Shown piece by piece: positions 9,226-17,817 of a DNA stretch of 64,000 nt (positions within the stretch are counted from its first letter, which is position 1; each line of letters starts with the position of its first letter). This stretch comes from Chryseobacterium sp. (GTDB lineage Bacteria; Bacteroidota; Bacteroidia; Flavobacteriales; Weeksellaceae): assembly GCA_039595375.1 (NCBI GenBank), contig JBCNLQ010000011.1:10684-74683 (forward strand), in the 5' to 3' direction. The notes beneath the pieces were generated by a model. The model did no database searches and was not told the DNA's origin. It worked only from the letters and a program-made list of their open reading frames with translations. The position numbers and the translations under genes were made by a program.

Positions 9226-9669
9226 ATGAAAAAAATTATCTTACCCGTGGATTTTTCCAATAGTTCTAATAAACTGGTAGATTACGCTATCAATTTTGCT
9301 AAAGATATCAATGCAGAAATCGCCTTGATACACGTTGCGGCGACTGATATTGGTTTTGTTATAGGCGATATGGGATTCCAATATTTCCCGGAAGTAGAAG
9401 AAAACGAGATCAAATATGAACTTAAAGAGTTGAATAAGCTAGAACAAAAAGTTTCTGCCCAAGGTATCAACTGTACTCACATTTTGAAACAAGGTATTGC
9501 AGGAGATACGATTTTAGACTATGCAGATTCTCAAAATGGGGATTATATTGTTGTTGGCTCACACGGAAGAAGCGGTGTGTATGATGTTTTCATCGGTAGT
9601 TTGACAAAAGAAATTACGAAAAAATCAAAAATCCCAGTTTTAGTTGTGCCTTGCCACGATGAGGAATAG
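9226..9669 (+). CDS. Universal stress protein
   Basis: IILPVDFS...IVVGSHGRSG...GS...PVLVVP. Confidence 0.92.
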   Translation: MKKIILPVDFSNSSNKLVDYAINFAKDINAEIALIHVAATDIGFVIGDMGFQYFPEVEENEIKYELKELNKLEQKVSAQGINCTHILKQGIAGDTILDYADSQNGDYIVVGSHGRSGVYDVFIGSLTKEITKKSKIPVLVVPCHDEE

Positions 9670-9730
9670 TTTATTAAATGAACAAAGATTAAAAATATTA
9701 GATTCAATAACTTAGATAGAATTTAAAATA

Positions 9731-9769
9731 AAAGAACCCGTCTCGTTGCAATAACAAGACGGGTTTTTT
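9731..9769. terminator. Bidirectional terminator
   Basis: aacccgtct / agacgggtt IR with A and T runs between convergent genes. Confidence 0.7.
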
Positions 9770-9788
9770 ATAAATATAATCAATTTAT

Positions 9789-10022
9789 TTAACCTTCGTT
9801 TTTGTAGATTTTTGGGTCGTAATAAGGATTTTTACCTTCAGTTGGTGACACATAATCTTTGTCTTTTTGGGCTCCCAAAGTTACTACCAAAACATAACAC
9901 CAGTAGCAGAAAAAACCTGTAGCAACAAGAAACAATACCCAGTTGAGAACATTGCCGAAGAGTCTGTAAAAACCAAAAGACCATTTGAAAGCTGCACTTA
10001 ATGCTAACCAGAAAGATGTCAT
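9789..10022 (-). CDS. Small membrane protein (DUF6341-like)
   Basis: 77 aa, one hydrophobic segment, charged C-tail; divergent from 10065. Confidence 0.6.
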   Translation of the reverse strand: MTSFWLALSAAFKWSFGFYRLFGNVLNWVLFLVATGFFCYWCYVLVVTLGAQKDKDYVSPTEGKNPYYDPKIYKNEG

Positions 10023-10064
10023 ATTTTTCTTTTTTTAAATTAACTTTGCACAAATTTATAAAAA

Positions 10065-10964
10065 ATGTTTCGATTACTTTCTAAAGAAAGCAATATTTTT
10101 TCGGTTCCTGTTTACATCGGTTTTTTGTTTTTGATATTTTTATCTCTTAATTTATTAGATTTCAAGTATATAGATGTATTTCCAGCTATTATCACTTTTA
10201 TGGGAATCAGTCTGGGATATTTTCTTTTTAATGCCATTGCGCTTAATCAGTTTTCTCACCTTCCGCTGTTTCTCTATACTATTTTTGTCGCTGCATTTTA
10301 TGATGGAACCGTACACTTGGGATTAGCATTCACATTTTTGACTAGTGCGCTGATTTTATTGATCCTAACAAGTCAGAATGACCAACTCAGAAAAAGCTCT
10401 TTTATGCTGGTCGGCTCTCTACTGGCATTTAATTATCTCGTTTTTCCTGCAAGCTGGCCTCTGGGAGTGTTTGTTATTTTTCATATTATAGGAACTTCTG
10501 GAAGAATTGGGCTGAATATTTTCCGTCTTTTATTCGGGATTATTTTGGTTGTTCTGAGTTATTTTGGTTTGATGTATCTTATTCATTACACGACTTGGGA
10601 CAAAACCTACTTGCCATTCTACGGAAAATTTGAAATGATGGATTCGTATTATCCTTTATACATTTTGATTCCGATTGCGCTGATGTTATTGTATTCTCTG
10701 ACAGACCATTTCAAACATTACAATGAAAAAAGTCCGATCAGCAGATACAAATATACTTTTGTCCTTGTTTTTTCCTTGGCTCAGCTGATAACCATCATTT
10801 TTTATATGGGAAAAGATGATGAATATCTTTTGCTTTTAGCTTTGCCTTCCAGCATCATTATCAGCAGAATGTTACGGTTCTTACCTAGTTACTGGATGCA
10901 GGAATTGGGACTTTGGATAATTGTTTTTACGCTTGCCTTTTTTAAAATAGTTAATTTTGTATAA
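10065..10964 (+). CDS. Multi-pass membrane protein (DUF6427-like)
   Basis: 299 aa, about 9 hydrophobic segments. Confidence 0.65.
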   Translation: MFRLLSKESNIFSVPVYIGFLFLIFLSLNLLDFKYIDVFPAIITFMGISLGYFLFNAIALNQFSHLPLFLYTIFVAAFYDGTVHLGLAFTFLTSALILLILTSQNDQLRKSSFMLVGSLLAFNYLVFPASWPLGVFVIFHIIGTSGRIGLNIFRLLFGIILVVLSYFGLMYLIHYTTWDKTYLPFYGKFEMMDSYYPLYILIPIALMLLYSLTDHFKHYNEKSPISRYKYTFVLVFSLAQLITIIFYMGKDDEYLLLLALPSSIIISRMLRFLPSYWMQELGLWIIVFTLAFFKIVNFV

Positions 10965-10985
10965 AATTTAAAAAATTGATGATGT

Positions 10986-11570
10986 ATGATTCAGATAGAT
11001 GATAAATTAATTTCAGAAGATGTTTTCGCAGAAAGTTTTGTCTGCAATCTCGCCAAATGCAAAGGTGTTTGCTGCGTAGATGGAGACACGGGAGCACCTC
11101 TTGATAAAGATGAATTGCCAATTTTGGAAGAAATCTTCCCTAAAATAAAATCTTATCTAAGACCTGAAGGTGTGAAAGCCATAGAAGAACAGGGAACCTG
11201 GGTAATTGACCCATACGATGGTGGTTACGTAACTACTTTGGTAAACGGAAGCGAATGTGCATACGTGATTTTTGACGAAAAAGGCACAACCAAATGCGGC
11301 ATCGAAAAAGCCTATGAAGACGGCGTTGTAGATTGGAAAAAACCAATTTCTTGTCATCTATACCCTATCCGTGTGAATGATTACAAAACTTTTGTTGCGC
11401 TGAATTATCACGAATGGGAAATCTGCAACGATGCCTGTACTCTAGGAAAAGAATTACAAGTCAGAATCTATCAATTTTTGAAGGAACCTTTAATTAGAAA
11501 ATATGGCGAAGATTTCTACAATACGCTTTGCGAAGCAGCGGAAGAATGGGAAAAAGAGTATAATTCTTAG
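10986..11570 (+). CDS. DUF3109 family protein (Cys-rich)
   Basis: FVCNLAKCKGVCCVDGD, CGIEKAY, KPISCHLYPIR. Confidence 0.85.
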   Translation: MIQIDDKLISEDVFAESFVCNLAKCKGVCCVDGDTGAPLDKDELPILEEIFPKIKSYLRPEGVKAIEEQGTWVIDPYDGGYVTTLVNGSECAYVIFDEKGTTKCGIEKAYEDGVVDWKKPISCHLYPIRVNDYKTFVALNYHEWEICNDACTLGKELQVRIYQFLKEPLIRKYGEDFYNTLCEAAEEWEKEYNS

Positions 11571-11616
11571 TTAGATTCCAGATATAAAATTTGATATTTT
11601 TAATTCGAAATATTCC

Positions 11617-11654
11617 AAAAAAAAGGATTCAAAAATTAATTTTTGAATCCTTTT
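11617..11654. terminator. Bidirectional terminator
   Basis: aaaaggattcaaaaat / atttttgaatcctttt IR between convergent genes. Confidence 0.7.
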
Positions 11655-11675
11655 CTATTTTTATACTAAATTCAA

Positions 11676-12314
11676 TTATTTGAATTCGTCGTCAGAAACC
11701 GGCTGATTAATTTTTATGTCAGAGTTTTTCACTGTCACTTGTTGCCCAGCGGCATCGATAGACATTTCTTCTACGAATTTGATACCGTCTACATCCGCAT
11801 ATTTATTGATAATCATTGTTCCTTTGTCACCTTCAGTTTTCCAAAGCAGGTTGGTTTTTGCATCAAAATAATATTTACTGTCATCCGAAGATAAAACGAT
11901 ATAATCTTTACCATCCACTTGCTTTTTCTCCACGGTCTTCATTTTCTCAGGATTCATCCCAAGAGCATCCATGATTTTTGCTTCTTTCAATTTTGCGACT
12001 TGGTCTGCCGGGAAATCCATTTTTTGTCCCATCTGATTGGCAAAACCTTTTTCTCCATCAAAAACCTGAGACATCTCTTGCCCCATCATTGTTTGTGTAG
12101 ATTTGAATTTGTTACCTTTTTTCACTGTTTTTCCTTCCATATCCATTCCCATCACGCTGATAGAATTTTTCATAGAAAGTGTATTTACAGATTCTAATTT
12201 CTGCTTTCCGCCCAATGCAGTTACATAATTGTCAATCACTTGCTTTGCTGTTTGAGCAGACATATTTGCTACCGCCAAAACAGACACAGCAAATGTCAAA
12301 ACCAATTTTTTCAT
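11676..12314 (-). CDS. Exported protein, possibly outer-membrane lipoprotein-sorting-like fold
   Basis: Signal peptide (SA|Q); VIDNYVTALGGKQKLESV N-terminus; Met-rich. Fold assignment is tentative. Confidence 0.6.
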   Translation of the reverse strand: MKKLVLTFAVSVLAVANMSAQTAKQVIDNYVTALGGKQKLESVNTLSMKNSISVMGMDMEGKTVKKGNKFKSTQTMMGQEMSQVFDGEKGFANQMGQKMDFPADQVAKLKEAKIMDALGMNPEKMKTVEKKQVDGKDYIVLSSDDSKYYFDAKTNLLWKTEGDKGTMIINKYADVDGIKFVEEMSIDAAGQQVTVKNSDIKINQPVSDDEFK

Positions 12315-12446
12315 TTATTTTTTTAATTTATAGTTACGAAGATAGTCAAATATTAAGCTTAACTCTCCATATTAGTTCAAAATAGAACATATTTGTTACA
12401 AAAAACAACTCCAAGATTTGAAGTTGTTTAAAATTATTTTAATCGT

Positions 12447-12827
12447 TTAATCTTTCTTCTTGATATCAGCTTTCACATCTTTATAAGCATCACTAACTGC
12501 ATTAGCCCCTTTCTTGGCAGTTTTTCCCGTCCATTTTGCACCATCTTTTACACCTTCTGCAGTTGCGTTAGCTCCTTTTGTGACTGTTTTGCCTGTCCAA
12601 TTAGCACCTTGTTTTACACCTTTTGCGGTGGCTTTCGCTCCTTTCTTGGCTGTTTTACCTGTCCATTTTGCGGCGTCTTCCAAACCTTCTCCTGTTGCTT
12701 TCGCACCTTTTTCAACAGCATTTCCAACTGTTTTCGCATCTTTCTTCACTTGCTGTTTTGCAGTTTGAGCGTTCATTGCTGCAGCTGCAAATATAAATGC
12801 TGTTAGTGACAAAATTCTTTTTTTCAT
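12447..12827 (-). CDS. Secreted 11-mer repeat, LEA-like protein
   Basis: Signal peptide followed by about nine 11-aa repeats (WTGKTAKKGAK / ATAEGVKDGAK). Confidence 0.75.
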   Translation of the reverse strand: MKKRILSLTAFIFAAAAMNAQTAKQQVKKDAKTVGNAVEKGAKATGEGLEDAAKWTGKTAKKGAKATAKGVKQGANWTGKTVTKGANATAEGVKDGAKWTGKTAKKGANAVSDAYKDVKADIKKKD

Positions 12828-12960
12828 TTTCTGAATGTTTTTAAAATTAACTTTACAATATTAGCATAAAACAAGCCAATATTATTCAGTCACATTAAAA
12901 TTTTAAAAATAATTATTTCCGTTCTTTTCGATGTTGAAAAATAATATTTTTGCAAAACTT

Positions 12961-13821
12961 ATGGCAAAGGCAAATCACATTAAAAAAAAGAAAATCCACG
13001 AGAAAAGAAGGGACGTTTTTATGAAAAAGCGCTGGATTTTACTGATTATACTTTGCATCTCTTTGCTTGGAACGGGATTCTATCTGAGACAGAAAATTAA
13101 TTATTATTTTACTTATTATCTTGGCAACCATTTCGAGCACAAAAAACTTTCGAATACAGAAACGGAGAAAGCAAGAATTGAAAAAATCACCGGACTATAT
13201 GCCAACCAGACTTTCGGATTTGACATCTCTCATTATCAAAGAAAAGAGGATATCCAATGGGATAGTCTGAGTATTGGAAACCAAACTATTCCCTTGCAAT
13301 TTGTTGTTCTGCGCGCAAGCATGGGAAATAGGAAACTGGATAAAAACTTTGACCACTTTTGGGAAACCGCCAAACAACATAAACTGATCCGTGGTGCATA
13401 CCATTTTTACAGACCAGATGAAGACCCTGTGATGCAGGCTAACTCTTTCCTATCTGTCGCAAAGTTAGAATCTGGCGACCTTCCTCCGATTCTTGACATC
13501 GAGAAAAATCCGAAGCGAAAATCAAAAGAACAACTGGTATCTGATCTCAAAGTCTGGATAAAAATAATGGAAGATGCCTATGGTGAAAAACCAATTATCT
13601 ATACCTATTATCATTATTATAAAGATTATTTGAAAGGTGAATTCGACGACTATCCGCTTTGGTTGGCAAATTACAATGATGTTCCAACACCTTCACCAGA
13701 CGACGAATGGCAGTTCTGGCAATTCTCGGAAAACGGAATTGTGTATGGTATCAATTCCAAAGTAGATCTGGACATCTATAATGGCAATCTTTGGAGTTTA
13801 AAAATGTTGACGATTGATTAA
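12961..13821 (+). CDS. GH25 lysozyme/muramidase family with N-terminal membrane anchor
   Basis: GFDISHYQ, RGAYHFYRP, LPPILDIE, WQFSENG; start placed at 12961, just after a TATTTTTG box. Confidence 0.88.
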   Translation: MAKANHIKKKKIHEKRRDVFMKKRWILLIILCISLLGTGFYLRQKINYYFTYYLGNHFEHKKLSNTETEKARIEKITGLYANQTFGFDISHYQRKEDIQWDSLSIGNQTIPLQFVVLRASMGNRKLDKNFDHFWETAKQHKLIRGAYHFYRPDEDPVMQANSFLSVAKLESGDLPPILDIEKNPKRKSKEQLVSDLKVWIKIMEDAYGEKPIIYTYYHYYKDYLKGEFDDYPLWLANYNDVPTPSPDDEWQFWQFSENGIVYGINSKVDLDIYNGNLWSLKMLTID

Positions 13822-14597
13822 TTCTCAATAAACTCAATCACATCTTTGCTTAATTCCTCTGCTCTTTCAATAGGAACTCCGTGAGAAGCGCCTTTAAAGA
13901 TTTTCAGTTTAGAATGAGGGATTTCCTTTGCAATATATTCAGTATGAGAACGGAGAATTAAATCATTTTCTCCAGCAATTACAAAAATTTTTGCTTTGAT
14001 TTTATTAAGTTGGTCTTTGGTAATTTTCGGTTCATCAATCATCAATTGTAGTAATTTGATGTCACATTCTGCTTTATTCTCCGCTCGCATTTTCGAGACA
14101 TCTTTTTTCATACTTTCCACTTCGTTATCTCCCAGACCAATTGGGAAAACGTTTGCTCCACTGGTAATGATTCTGTTCGCCATCTTCGGATATTTGATAG
14201 CAAATTCAATTCCTGTATTGCCGCCATCGCTCCAACCCAGAATATTGATTTTTTTAAATTTCAATTCATCAGCTAGAGCTTTCACATCATCAGCAAATTT
14301 TCTGTAAGTCAAAGGTTCAGTAGAGTCATCCGTGCTTTTTCCCTGAGCTCTGGTGTCCATTGCAACTACCTGAAAATGTTTGGACAATTCGGGAATTTCT
14401 TTTGAAAAAGCATCGATGCTTCCTCCATTGCCGTGCAATAAAAACAGAGGTTCGCCTTTTCCGTAAACTTCATAATAGATATCCGCGTCTTTCAGATGAA
14501 GGATCTTTCCAGCTTTAGGATTTTTGCCAAAATTATAGACTTGAGCAAAGGATATTAATGATAATGACAGAGTTAGTAAAGCAATTATTTTTTTCAT
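13818..14597 (-). CDS. Exported alpha/beta hydrolase
   Basis: LLHGNGG, GWSDGG nucleophile elbow, GASHG. Confidence 0.88.
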   Translation of the reverse strand: MKKIIALLTLSLSLISFAQVYNFGKNPKAGKILHLKDADIYYEVYGKGEPLFLLHGNGGSIDAFSKEIPELSKHFQVVAMDTRAQGKSTDDSTEPLTYRKFADDVKALADELKFKKINILGWSDGGNTGIEFAIKYPKMANRIITSGANVFPIGLGDNEVESMKKDVSKMRAENKAECDIKLLQLMIDEPKITKDQLNKIKAKIFVIAGENDLILRSHTEYIAKEIPHSKLKIFKGASHGVPIERAEELSKDVIEFIEN

Positions 14598-14637
14598 TCT
14601 GATGTGATTGATAAATCAAATTTAAGAATAAATCAAA

Positions 14638-15462
14638 CTATTTTTTCACTTTCACATCAATATTGATAGCTGGCGCCGCGATTCCTATTTTTTCCCAATT
14701 TCCGTAAAATGAACGGTAATAACCCGATCTGAACAATGCGCCACTTAAAGCTACTTTTCCGTCGGATTGTCCTATAAACTGAATCCCGACGAAGAATTTC
14801 CCTTCCAACCAAATCGATTCTTTGCTTACATCCAGAGAATATGTAGAATCTTTCAGACTATCTTTGCTAATCGTAGCAATAATATCATTTTCCAAAATGA
14901 GATTGTTCGGTTTTCCATCTTTTTCATCATAGACCGTGTAACGAACTTTGATAGGCGTAGCAGTTTCAAATCTTGAAAAATTCATATTAATTTTATTGAT
15001 TTTCAATCGCTTATTGGAACTGAATTCTATCGCAGTTTCCTCGACTACAGAATTGCCTTTTTCCATATTAGGCGTGAACATCATCGATTTGGATTTGCTG
15101 TTGACACCCAGATTTTTTTCTTTATAATTCTGCGGCGTCACAACCACTTCTTGGATATTGGTCACTTTTTCGTAAAGATAAATGTTGCGCGGATTAATTT
15201 TGACAAAATCTTCCACCGTGCTTCTGAACTGCTTGTAACCACCTACAACAACCATCAGCTCTTTGTCTTTACTGACCTTATCTAATTGAATTTCGAACTT
15301 TCCATATTCATCAGCCTGAACGCCATAATTGCTGTTCAAAATTCCGATTTTCGCATAAGGAATTGGTTGATTATCATTTTTAGATAATACAGTTCCCGAA
15401 ATCAATTGAGCTTGAGTGATGATGCAAACGAAGAATGCAACAAAAAAGTTTAGTTTTTTCAT
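14638..15462 (-). CDS. Exported protein with carboxypeptidase-regulatory-like N-terminal domain
   Basis: Signal peptide; ISGTV...PIPYAKI...ADEYGKFEI...IQEVVV. Confidence 0.75.
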   Translation of the reverse strand: MKKLNFFVAFFVCIITQAQLISGTVLSKNDNQPIPYAKIGILNSNYGVQADEYGKFEIQLDKVSKDKELMVVVGGYKQFRSTVEDFVKINPRNIYLYEKVTNIQEVVVTPQNYKEKNLGVNSKSKSMMFTPNMEKGNSVVEETAIEFSSNKRLKINKINMNFSRFETATPIKVRYTVYDEKDGKPNNLILENDIIATISKDSLKDSTYSLDVSKESIWLEGKFFVGIQFIGQSDGKVALSGALFRSGYYRSFYGNWEKIGIAAPAINIDVKVKK

Positions 15463-15777
15463 AGAATTAATTTGAATGCAAACTTCTGAAAATTAATTTT
15501 TGAAGCATCTCAAATAAAAGTTAAATATGCTTGTCATTTTGTTAAATTTGATCAAGACATCATCATTTTAATAACACTTTGAACAATTTTACCTTAAATA
15601 TTATCAATCTTTTTAATCAAACAATTTTCATTTCCCGACTTAGAGGATTAGACCAATTAATCTTTTTAAATCACATAATTCGCTAATTTTTCAATAATAT
15701 TTTGGTGCGTACAAGTTTCAGTTTTCAAAAACGTATTTTTGCGGTTTATTTATCATTCATCATTATCATTCATTACA

Positions 15778-17670
15778 ATGAATTACGTTTCTGCAGAAAA
15801 TCTGAGCAAATCTTACGGCGTCAAAGTCTTATTCAAAAATATCAATTTCCACGTCAACGAAGGTGATAAAATCGCTATCGTTGCCAAAAACGGAAGTGGA
15901 AAATCCACACTCCTGAAAATCCTGATGGGAAAGGAAATTGCCGATAGCGGAACGACGCTGATTAACAAAGATATTCAAGTGGTTTTGTTTGACCAGGAAA
16001 TTGATTTTGATCCCAAATTGTCTGTGGAAGAATTTATGATGACTTTGGATTCTGCACCAATTTTGGCTCTGAAAAAGTATCATCACGCCTTAACATCTGA
16101 CAATCCTGATGATATGGAAACGGCTTTGGCAGAAATGGAAATTCATAAAGCCTGGGATTTGGAAAATGAGATGGAACAGATTCTGTCGCAACTGAAAATC
16201 ACAGATTTGAAAGCGAAAATGGGAACTCTGTCCGGTGGACAAATCAAAAGAATTGCTTTGGCAAAACTTTTAACAGAAACCAGAGCTGAACATCGCCATA
16301 CTCTTCTGATTATGGATGAACCAACCAACCACCTGGATGTGGAAATGGTAGAATGGCTGGAAAATTATCTGAGTAAAGCCAAAATCACCTTGCTTCTGGT
16401 AACGCACGACCGTTACTTTTTGGATGCGGTTTGCGACAAAATCTGGGAGATGGAAGATGGAAATCTCTACCTCCACAACGGAAGTTACGCGACTTATCTT
16501 GAGAACAAAATGATTCGTGAGGACAATCTGAACTCTACGATAGATAAGGCACAAAATCTTTACAGAAAGGAATTGGAATGGATGCGCCGTCAGCCAAAAG
16601 CGAGAACTACAAAGTCCAAATCCAGACAAGATGATTTTTATGAAACCGAAAAAGTAGCAAAAACCGATACCCGAAAACAGGCATTGGAATTGGATTTTGA
16701 AATGAAAAGATTGGGGAATAAAATTCTTGAATTGAAAGACATCAACAAAAGTTTTGGTGAAAAAGTCCTTTTCAAAGATTTTTCTTATCAATTCCAGAGG
16801 GGAGAAAAAGTTGGAATCGTTGGGAAGAATGGTGCAGGAAAGTCCACTTTACTCAATATTATTCAAGGTTTTGAGTCTAAAGATTCTGGGGAAATAGAAA
16901 CTGGAGAAACGATTAAGTTCGGGTATTTTGCTCAGAAAGGTTTACAGTATAAAGAAGACGAAAGAGTTATTGATTTCATCAAAGAAATTGGAGAAAACTT
17001 CCCTTTAGCCAACGGAAAAACAATCTCGGCTTCTCAGTTTTTGAGATTATTCTTGTTTGATGACCAGACTCAATATTCGCCAATTTCAAAATTGTCTGGT
17101 GGAGAAAAACGTCGTCTGCACTTGATGTATATACTATATCAAAACCCAAATTTCCTGATTTTTGATGAGCCTACTAATGATTTGGATTTGCCAACTTTGA
17201 CGGTTTTGGAAAACTTTTTACAGAATTTCCAGGGCAGTTTAATTATCGTTTCGCACGACCGATATTTTATGGACAGAATTGTGGATCACGTTTTAGCTTT
17301 CGAAGGAGAAGGAAAAATCAAAGAATTTGTTGGTAATTTTTCTGAATATAGAGAACATCAGAAATCAGAAGATAAAAATTCAAAACCTGAAACTCCGAAA
17401 ATCGAAAAGGTTGAAACTCCGAAAGAAATAGAAACGCCTGTGATTGCTACCACTCAACCAACCAAAAAGAAATTATCTTTTAAAGAGCAACGTGAGTTGG
17501 AAACTATCGAGAAAGAAATGCCTAAGTTGGAAGAAAAAAGAGCTGAGATTCTGGATCAACTCAACAACGAGACAGATTATGACAAAATATCAAAATTATC
17601 ATCTGAATTGGAACAACTTTCAAACCAATTGGAAGAATTTGAGATGCGATGGCTGGAACTTCAGGAATAA
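15778..17670 (+). CDS. ABC-F family ATPase (Uup-like)
   Basis: Two ABC domains (AKNGSGKS, LSGGQ, DEPTNHLD; GKNGAGKS, LSGGE, DEPTND) and a C-terminal coiled coil; start placed at MNYVSAE. Confidence 0.92.
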   Translation: MNYVSAENLSKSYGVKVLFKNINFHVNEGDKIAIVAKNGSGKSTLLKILMGKEIADSGTTLINKDIQVVLFDQEIDFDPKLSVEEFMMTLDSAPILALKKYHHALTSDNPDDMETALAEMEIHKAWDLENEMEQILSQLKITDLKAKMGTLSGGQIKRIALAKLLTETRAEHRHTLLIMDEPTNHLDVEMVEWLENYLSKAKITLLLVTHDRYFLDAVCDKIWEMEDGNLYLHNGSYATYLENKMIREDNLNSTIDKAQNLYRKELEWMRRQPKARTTKSKSRQDDFYETEKVAKTDTRKQALELDFEMKRLGNKILELKDINKSFGEKVLFKDFSYQFQRGEKVGIVGKNGAGKSTLLNIIQGFESKDSGEIETGETIKFGYFAQKGLQYKEDERVIDFIKEIGENFPLANGKTISASQFLRLFLFDDQTQYSPISKLSGGEKRRLHLMYILYQNPNFLIFDEPTNDLDLPTLTVLENFLQNFQGSLIIVSHDRYFMDRIVDHVLAFEGEGKIKEFVGNFSEYREHQKSEDKNSKPETPKIEKVETPKEIETPVIATTQPTKKKLSFKEQRELETIEKEMPKLEEKRAEILDQLNNETDYDKISKLSSELEQLSNQLEEFEMRWLELQE

Positions 17671-17817
17671 TTGACAAATATCATACGATATTAAAATAAT
17701 GCTAATCAACTGATTAGACTTTAACAAATATGCTTATTTAGAATTAATTAAAATAATTTTTGCAAATATTAACATTTCTTATACATTTGCACTGTTTTTA
17801 ATAAGTCTAAATAAGCT

